From Pseudoalteromonas tetraodonis (lineage in GTDB: Bacteria > Pseudomonadota > Gammaproteobacteria > Enterobacterales > Alteromonadaceae), in NCBI RefSeq assembly GCF_002310835.1, contig NZ_CP011042.1:450001-482000 (forward strand): a DNA stretch of 32,000 bases, in the 5' to 3' direction. Below are positions 27,326 through 32,000 of the stretch, piece by piece. The notes beneath the pieces are model-generated. The model worked only from the letters and a program-made list of their open reading frames with translations. It ran no database searches and was not told the DNA's origin. The translations under genes and the position numbers were made by a program. Every line of letters begins with the position of its first letter. The first letter of the stretch is position 1.

Positions 27326-28069
27326 ATGAAGAAGCTTATCTTAGCGTCAATTTTAACTGCAGCGAGCTTTTCAAGCGCAGCAACCATAGTCGAAATGCAA
27401 ACGAGCCAAGGAACGATAGAAATTAACTTGTTTGATCAACAAACACCTAAAACAGTAGAAAACTTCCTAAGTTATGTTAATGATGCAGCGTATAACCAAA
27501 CAGTAATACACCGCTCTGTTGATAAGTTTGTCATTCAAGGAGGAGGTTTTACTTTTTCTGACAAAATGGATCCCATTACAATCAAGCCAGCGGTTATTAA
27601 CGAACCTGTTTACTCAAATGTAAAAGGCACAATTGCCATGGCAAAGCAGGGCGGCAACGAAAACAGCGCCACTAGCCAATGGTTTTTTAATATGAGTGAT
27701 AACAGCCAAAACTTAGATTTACAAAATGGTGGGTTTACCGTTTTCGGACAAATAACAGCACAAAGCCAAGAAACTTTAGATAAAATAGCGGCCTTAGTTC
27801 ATTGTGCAGAGGTACCATTGGTTGGTATTACTAAAGAGCAATGTTCAGATGAAAATGTGGTTATTAGTAATCAAAACTTAGTATCAATACAAACGGTGGT
27901 TGTGCTTGATGACGATCCTAATTCAGCACAAAATTTAACACCTAAAGAGAATACATTAATTGATAACGTAGAAGTGACACCACCACAAAGTTCAGACTCT
28001 AGTGGCAGTATGGCATGCTTATTAGGCGCACTATTGCTTGTAGCACCTAGGTTAAAACGCACTAAATAA
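27326..28069 (+). CDS. Secreted cyclophilin-type peptidyl-prolyl cis-trans isomerase with a C-terminal sorting-signal-like tail
   Basis: Signal peptide MKKLILASILTAASFSSAA. Cyclophilin blocks are HRSVDKFVIQGGGF, IAMAKQGGNENSATSQWFFN and FTVFGQI. A Ser-rich linker PPQSSDSSGS is followed by the hydrophobic stretch MACLLGALLLVAP and the basic end RLKRTK (28001-28066). Confidence 0.9.
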   Translation: MKKLILASILTAASFSSAATIVEMQTSQGTIEINLFDQQTPKTVENFLSYVNDAAYNQTVIHRSVDKFVIQGGGFTFSDKMDPITIKPAVINEPVYSNVKGTIAMAKQGGNENSATSQWFFNMSDNSQNLDLQNGGFTVFGQITAQSQETLDKIAALVHCAEVPLVGITKEQCSDENVVISNQNLVSIQTVVVLDDDPNSAQNLTPKENTLIDNVEVTPPQSSDSSGSMACLLGALLLVAPRLKRTK

Positions 28070-28074
28070 GCCGT

Positions 28075-28110
28075 AAAAATAACGGCGACTTATCATAGCC
28101 GCCGTTTTTT
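28075..28110. terminator. Rho-independent terminator, potentially bidirectional
   Basis: AACGGCG / CGCCGTT stem (28081-28087 / 28100-28106) with a 12 nt loop, preceded by AAAAAT and followed by T-rich TTTT(TT). Confidence 0.7.
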
Positions 28111-28113
28111 AGT

Positions 28114-28381
28114 TAGGGTCTGTTGATCTTTGCGGATTACAATTTGTTCAAACTAGGGGCGGTTTAATCGCTGCGCGAGGTTTGTAACCTAGTGGGCTAA
28201 GTAAAAACCGAGCAACAAAGAGTAAACCGCCCCTAGGCAGAACCCGAAGGGCACCGCCTGTTTGGCATTGATGCTGCGTTATCGCCTATTTATGGGGAAT
28301 AACCACACCACATAGGCTCAGCCTTGCCTAAATACCAAACAGACTGCTGCAAATTTAACCTTGAAAGGTCATCAGACCCTA
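28114..28381. mobile_element. MITE-like, GC-rich structured element: 264 bp core with imperfect terminal inverted repeats, flanked by TA on both sides
   Basis: Left end is TA|GGGTCTGTTGATC (28114-28128) and right end is GGTCATCAGACCC|TA (28367-28381), giving 15 nested pairs with one mismatch and one G-U. An internal perfect 14 bp inverted repeat is CTAGGGGCGGTTTA (28153-28166) / TAAACCGCCCCTAG (28223-28236). A further stem is CTGTTTGG (28258-28265) / CCAAACAG (28335-28342). It is visibly more GC-rich than the flanks and has no ORF. Confidence 0.45.
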
Positions 28382-28798
28382 GTTGTAAAGTACGCTCACC
28401 AGTAACATTACCCATATTACAAACACAGATAAGCAGCCTAGCAAAAATACTCTAAAACGGGCTCTTAAATGATTACTACCAAGGTGAATGAGGCTATGAA
28501 TAATGCGTGTCGCTACAAATATACACGCCAATACTGCAATAGGGACACTCGCCATATTAAGCTGTAAAGCAAGTAAACAACCCGCATAAAAAAGCACAGG
28601 TATTTCAAATTGATTGCTAAAATTACGATCAGCGACTCTGACATGATCGCCCGCATTATCAAGTCGCATAGCAGCAAAGTCACTTAACTGTATGTGTTTG
28701 TTTTTAGCCGCCGCAAAACGTCGTTTTCCCATTATTACCATCACAACTAATGAAAGTGTTACCTGAACGAACATGGCTATTATTATTATCTTTTCCAT
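28379..28798 (-). CDS. MAPEG-family membrane protein
   Basis: 139 aa with 3-4 TM helices. The motif RNFSNQFEIPVLFY and C-terminal HLGSNHLRARF resemble bacterial MAPEG proteins. The stop codon TAG (28379-28381) straddles the end of the repeat element. Confidence 0.8.
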   Translation of the reverse strand: MEKIIIIAMFVQVTLSLVVMVIMGKRRFAAAKNKHIQLSDFAAMRLDNAGDHVRVADRNFSNQFEIPVLFYAGCLLALQLNMASVPIAVLACIFVATRIIHSLIHLGSNHLRARFRVFLLGCLSVFVIWVMLLVSVLYN

Positions 28799-28936
28799 AA
28801 CTTACCTTATTATTTATATTAACTATTCACAATGTGTTACACAATTAAGTGCTAATTAGTAGCATAGTATTAATTGATAATGGTAGTTTATAAGTGATTT
28901 AGTCTTTTTATAACACTAAGCCCATATTTAACAGCA

Positions 28937-31834
28937 ATGGATATAACTAAAATGAAACACATCATCGGCTTAAGTGCAATTGCACTGGCAATATTAAGCG
29001 GTTGTTCGAATACCGCCACACTTACTCAATCACCACAAACGTCACTTTTATCACCAACGCTTGTTGTCAGTCCTAACGATAACCGTGAATATAAAACACT
29101 AACACTTGCCAATGATATTGAAGTGATTTTAGTTTCTGATCCAAGCGCAGAAAAATCGGCTGCTTCATTGAGTGTCGGCGTCGGCCTGCTGCACGACCCA
29201 ATGAGCCAGCAAGGTATGGCGCATTATTTAGAACATATGTTGTTTTTAGGCACTGAGCGCTACCCTGACACTAAAGGGTACTCTGATTTTATGACTAAAA
29301 ACGGCGGAGCGCATAATGCCTATACGTGGCTCGATATTACAAACTACATGTTTAAAATTAATAACGATGCGTTTGATGAAGGCTTAGACCGCTTTTCAGA
29401 CTTTTTTAAAGCCCCTAAGCTTTACCCAGAATACACAGAAAAAGAAAAAAACGCAGTGAATGCTGAGTGGTCAATGCGTCGTGAAATGGACTTTTTTGGC
29501 CAATTTAAACTTGCACGTAAAATGATGGGTGAACACCCAGCTAATCGATTCTTAATTGGTAACCTTGAAACGTTAGGCGATAAAGCTGATAGTTCATTAC
29601 ACAAAGAAACTGTTGATTTTTATAATAAATATTATTCATCAAATATTATGAAAGTGGCGTTAATTTCTAATTTACCGCTTAAAGAAATGCAGAAAAAAGC
29701 AGAAAAATACTTCGCTGATATTAAAAATAAAAATATTGAAAAGCCAAAAGTATCAGCCAAGCTAGATTTTGATAATGCCGGTGGTAAACGTGTTTTTTAC
29801 TCGCCAAACGAAGACGTTAAACAATTACAGCTCGACTTTACAATCACTAATAATCAAACTGAATTTGCAGTAAAACCTAATCGTTTTGTTGCCTATTTAC
29901 TTAGCAATGAAATGCCAGGTAGCCCAGCACAAATATTACGTGATAAAGGCTGGGTATCGCAGTTATCAGCATCTGCTTCACCAAATCAATATGGTAACTA
30001 TGGCTCTTTAAATGTGAACATAGAGCTGACTGATGAAGGCATGAAAAACCGCGAAGCCATTGTTGCGATTATTATGCAATATATTGATTTAATTAAACGT
30101 GAAGGTGTTAATAGTAAGTACTTTAATGAAATTCGTACCTCTTTGAATAACCAGTTTAAATTTTTAGAAAAAGGCGATGAGTTTAACTACGTCAGTGCGC
30201 TGACTCAAAGCATGCAAGATTATCCGTTAAATCATGCGATAAACGCACCATACTACTACGCTAAGTTTGATGCTGATGCGGTTAATAATGTACTAAAACA
30301 ACTTAACGCAGACACCTTACGTGTTTGGTATATTTCTCAACAAGAAGACACTGATTCACAATTACATTTTTATGATGGTAAATACCGAATTAGTGATATT
30401 AGCGACGCAGAAATTGCCAGCTGGGAAAAACCAAGTGAATTTAATTTAGCCTTACCAAGTGTTAACAACTTACTGCCAGAGAGTTTTGCAATTAAAACGC
30501 AGGCTTTTAAAGAGCAAAAACACCCAGAACTTAGCTATGATAAAAACGGTGTAAAAATTTGGCGCCAAGCAAGCCAGCAGTTTGCAGAGCAACCCAAAGG
30601 TTTAGTTGAGGTGTATATCAACACACAAACAGGGTTGCGTGATATTAACTCAACCGTCCTTTATTCTGTGTGGGCAGATTTATATAACACTCAATTAAGT
30701 CAGCTACGAACCGAAGCGGCTATTGCCGGTATGAATGTTAATTTAAGCTCAAGCAATGGCTTAGTTTTATCATTAAGTGGTTTTACCGATAAACAAGATA
30801 CCTTACTTAAACAAGCGTTAGCTGGATTTGACGATGAAATTTCAGCACAAGCATTTAATCAAGCGATTGACCGTTATCAACGTGATTTACTCAATCAGCA
30901 AAAACAGTTCCCGTATGCACAAGCGTTTAGTGAATATTCAAAACTGACTCGAACCGGTAGTTTTGATACTGACGCGCTTATTAAGGCAGCTCAATCACTG
31001 ACACTCGCTGATTTACAAGCATTAAAGCAAAGCACCTTAGCGAATAATAACTTACGCGTATTTAGCTATGGTAACTATAATCAAAAAGATATTGATGCCA
31101 TTGCTGCTGAATTAACGGCTATTTTACCAAATAATCATACAAAATCTGAGTTTGCTCGCAGTAAAGCTTGGTTACCACAACTAGGTGAAGCGCGCGTATT
31201 ACACAAAGATATTGATGTAGCTGATGTAGCCGTTGTCGATATGACCATTCACCCAACGCCAGGTTACAAACAAAAAGCGCAGGCGGCGGTTTTACAAGGA
31301 CACTTTAGAACAATCGCGTTTGACAAAATGCGTACCGAAGAACAACTAGCTTATGCGGTAGGGGCATTAGCGCGTCCTATTGAGGATTACTCTGGTATTG
31401 GATTGTTTATTCAAACGCCGGTTAAAGGGCCAAAAGAAATTCAAGTACGCTTTGATAAGTTCAAAAAAGAGTACGCTTCTGAGCTTAATGCCATGAGTGA
31501 AGAGACATTTGCACAGCTTAAAAATGCAACGTTGGTCTCGTTAAAAGAACAGCCAAAGAATTTAAGTGACGAAATGAGTCCATTGATTAACGATTGGTAC
31601 CGTGAAAACTTTGATTTTGATTCAAAACAAAAGCTAATTGCAGAAGTAGAAAAGGTCACCCTTGCTGATATTAAAGACTACTACCAGCAAACCATGTTAA
31701 ATCCACAAGCAGCCCGCTTAAATGTGCAATTACGTGGCAGTAAGTTTAGTGATAGCGAGTTTGCAGATTTGCCAAACCAAACTAAAGTGACGAGTTTAGA
31801 TGCTTACTACAGCGATATAAAATTGCAAAAGTAA
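28937..31834 (+). CDS. ptrA: M16-family zinc metallopeptidase, pitrilysin (protease III)-like, predicted lipoprotein
   Basis: 965 aa with the inverted zinc motif HYLEH. The downstream EKEKNAVNAEW block aligns with the remembered pitrilysin ERERNAVNAEL, which carries the third Zn ligand Glu. It is colinear with pitrilysin (GNLETL, YYSSNIMK, RTEEQLAYAV). The N-terminus has lipobox LSGC. The start is 28937 or the in-frame ATG at 28952. Confidence 0.9.
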   Translation: MDITKMKHIIGLSAIALAILSGCSNTATLTQSPQTSLLSPTLVVSPNDNREYKTLTLANDIEVILVSDPSAEKSAASLSVGVGLLHDPMSQQGMAHYLEHMLFLGTERYPDTKGYSDFMTKNGGAHNAYTWLDITNYMFKINNDAFDEGLDRFSDFFKAPKLYPEYTEKEKNAVNAEWSMRREMDFFGQFKLARKMMGEHPANRFLIGNLETLGDKADSSLHKETVDFYNKYYSSNIMKVALISNLPLKEMQKKAEKYFADIKNKNIEKPKVSAKLDFDNAGGKRVFYSPNEDVKQLQLDFTITNNQTEFAVKPNRFVAYLLSNEMPGSPAQILRDKGWVSQLSASASPNQYGNYGSLNVNIELTDEGMKNREAIVAIIMQYIDLIKREGVNSKYFNEIRTSLNNQFKFLEKGDEFNYVSALTQSMQDYPLNHAINAPYYYAKFDADAVNNVLKQLNADTLRVWYISQQEDTDSQLHFYDGKYRISDISDAEIASWEKPSEFNLALPSVNNLLPESFAIKTQAFKEQKHPELSYDKNGVKIWRQASQQFAEQPKGLVEVYINTQTGLRDINSTVLYSVWADLYNTQLSQLRTEAAIAGMNVNLSSSNGLVLSLSGFTDKQDTLLKQALAGFDDEISAQAFNQAIDRYQRDLLNQQKQFPYAQAFSEYSKLTRTGSFDTDALIKAAQSLTLADLQALKQSTLANNNLRVFSYGNYNQKDIDAIAAELTAILPNNHTKSEFARSKAWLPQLGEARVLHKDIDVADVAVVDMTIHPTPGYKQKAQAAVLQGHFRTIAFDKMRTEEQLAYAVGALARPIEDYSGIGLFIQTPVKGPKEIQVRFDKFKKEYASELNAMSEETFAQLKNATLVSLKEQPKNLSDEMSPLINDWYRENFDFDSKQKLIAEVEKVTLADIKDYYQQTMLNPQAARLNVQLRGSKFSDSEFADLPNQTKVTSLDAYYSDIKLQK

Positions 31835-31854
31835 GTTGAAATTACTCAAAAACT

Positions 31855-31891
31855 AAACAAAACCCAGCCATTGTTGACTGGGTTTTGTTTT
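31855..31891. terminator. Bidirectional rho-independent terminator
   Basis: Perfect 13 bp stem AAACAAAACCCAG / CTGGGTTTTGTTT with a 10 nt loop. A/T runs are built into both arms. Confidence 0.85.
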
Positions 31892-32000
31892 AACGGCGTT
31901 AATTATGGTTTTAGTAAAATGGCTACCATTGCCATGTTAGGCCATAAGTAAAAAGCCAATTATGGCAAAGCCTGCAGCAATTAAGGTATAAGGTAATTGC

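Noticed and set aside
28114-28381. Integron attC site, tRNA, tmRNA, RNase P, SRP, 6S RNA or a riboswitch as explanations for the GC-rich structured element
   Set aside because: The ends (GTTAGGG... / ...ACCCTAG) do not fit the attC RYYYAAC/GTTRRRY cores, and no integrase or cassette array is nearby. None of the conserved cores I remember for those RNAs is present (tRNA T-loop GGTTCGAATCC, RNase P AGGAAAGTCCGGGC, tmRNA ends, SRP GGAA tetraloop region). This is not excluded rigorously without an Rfam scan.
31937-32000. Possible 3' end of a minus-strand membrane-protein gene (…QLPYTLIAAGFAIIGFLLMA-stop) entering from the right edge
   Set aside because: Only about 20 codons are visible, which is too short to support a call or a family. 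Its position just after the bidirectional terminator is consistent with a convergent gene.
1-32000. CRISPR arrays, rRNA or tRNA genes, prophage, integrase or transposase genes, toxin-antitoxin or recognisable defence-system genes
   Set aside because: A read-through of both strands and of the ORF track showed no regularly spaced repeats, no tRNA-like cloverleaf cores and no proteins with recombinase, transposase or defence-associated signatures.

Overview
This is a 32 kb stretch of chromosomal DNA from an AT-rich gammaproteobacterium. It looks like a marine Alteromonadales or Pseudoalteromonas-type genome, judged only from gene content and protein style. I support 24 protein-coding genes and found no rRNA, tRNA, CRISPR array, transposase or integrase.

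Gene order, left to right:
- a 5'-truncated ureohydrolase and an orphan periplasmic solute-binding protein
- a DUF21-CBS-CorC (HlyC/CorC) membrane protein
- a complete AcrAB/MexAB-OprM-type RND efflux operon (adaptor, pump, outer-membrane factor), followed on the same strand by a TetR regulator
- a membrane-anchored fusion of a dual-specificity phosphatase and a DAG/lipid kinase
- three small conserved genes
- hmgA-maiA (homogentisate catabolism) with a divergent MarR regulator
- two tandem paralogous ~1065 aa Oar-like TonB-dependent receptors, the second apparently co-transcribed with an upstream secreted S1/P1 nuclease
- a translationally coupled pair of uncharacterised membrane proteins: a PhnD-like binding domain, and a two-TM protein with a C-terminal winged-helix-like domain
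- a lipoprotein UshA/NutA-type 5'-nucleotidase and a small DUF3820-like gene
- a secreted cyclophilin with a C-terminal sorting-signal-like tail
- a MAPEG protein and a pitrilysin-like M16 protease

The most interesting signals are:
1. The nuclease / TonB receptor / 5'-nucleotidase neighbourhood looks like an extracellular nucleic-acid scavenging locus. The unusual binding-protein plus inverted ToxR-like pair embedded in it is a candidate undescribed co-component regulator.
2. The phosphatase-lipid kinase fusion.
3. A 264 bp GC-rich element bounded by terminal inverted repeats and flanked by TA, which supplies the last base of the MAPEG stop codon.

All family assignments rest on motifs read by eye and remembered homologues. 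No searches were run.
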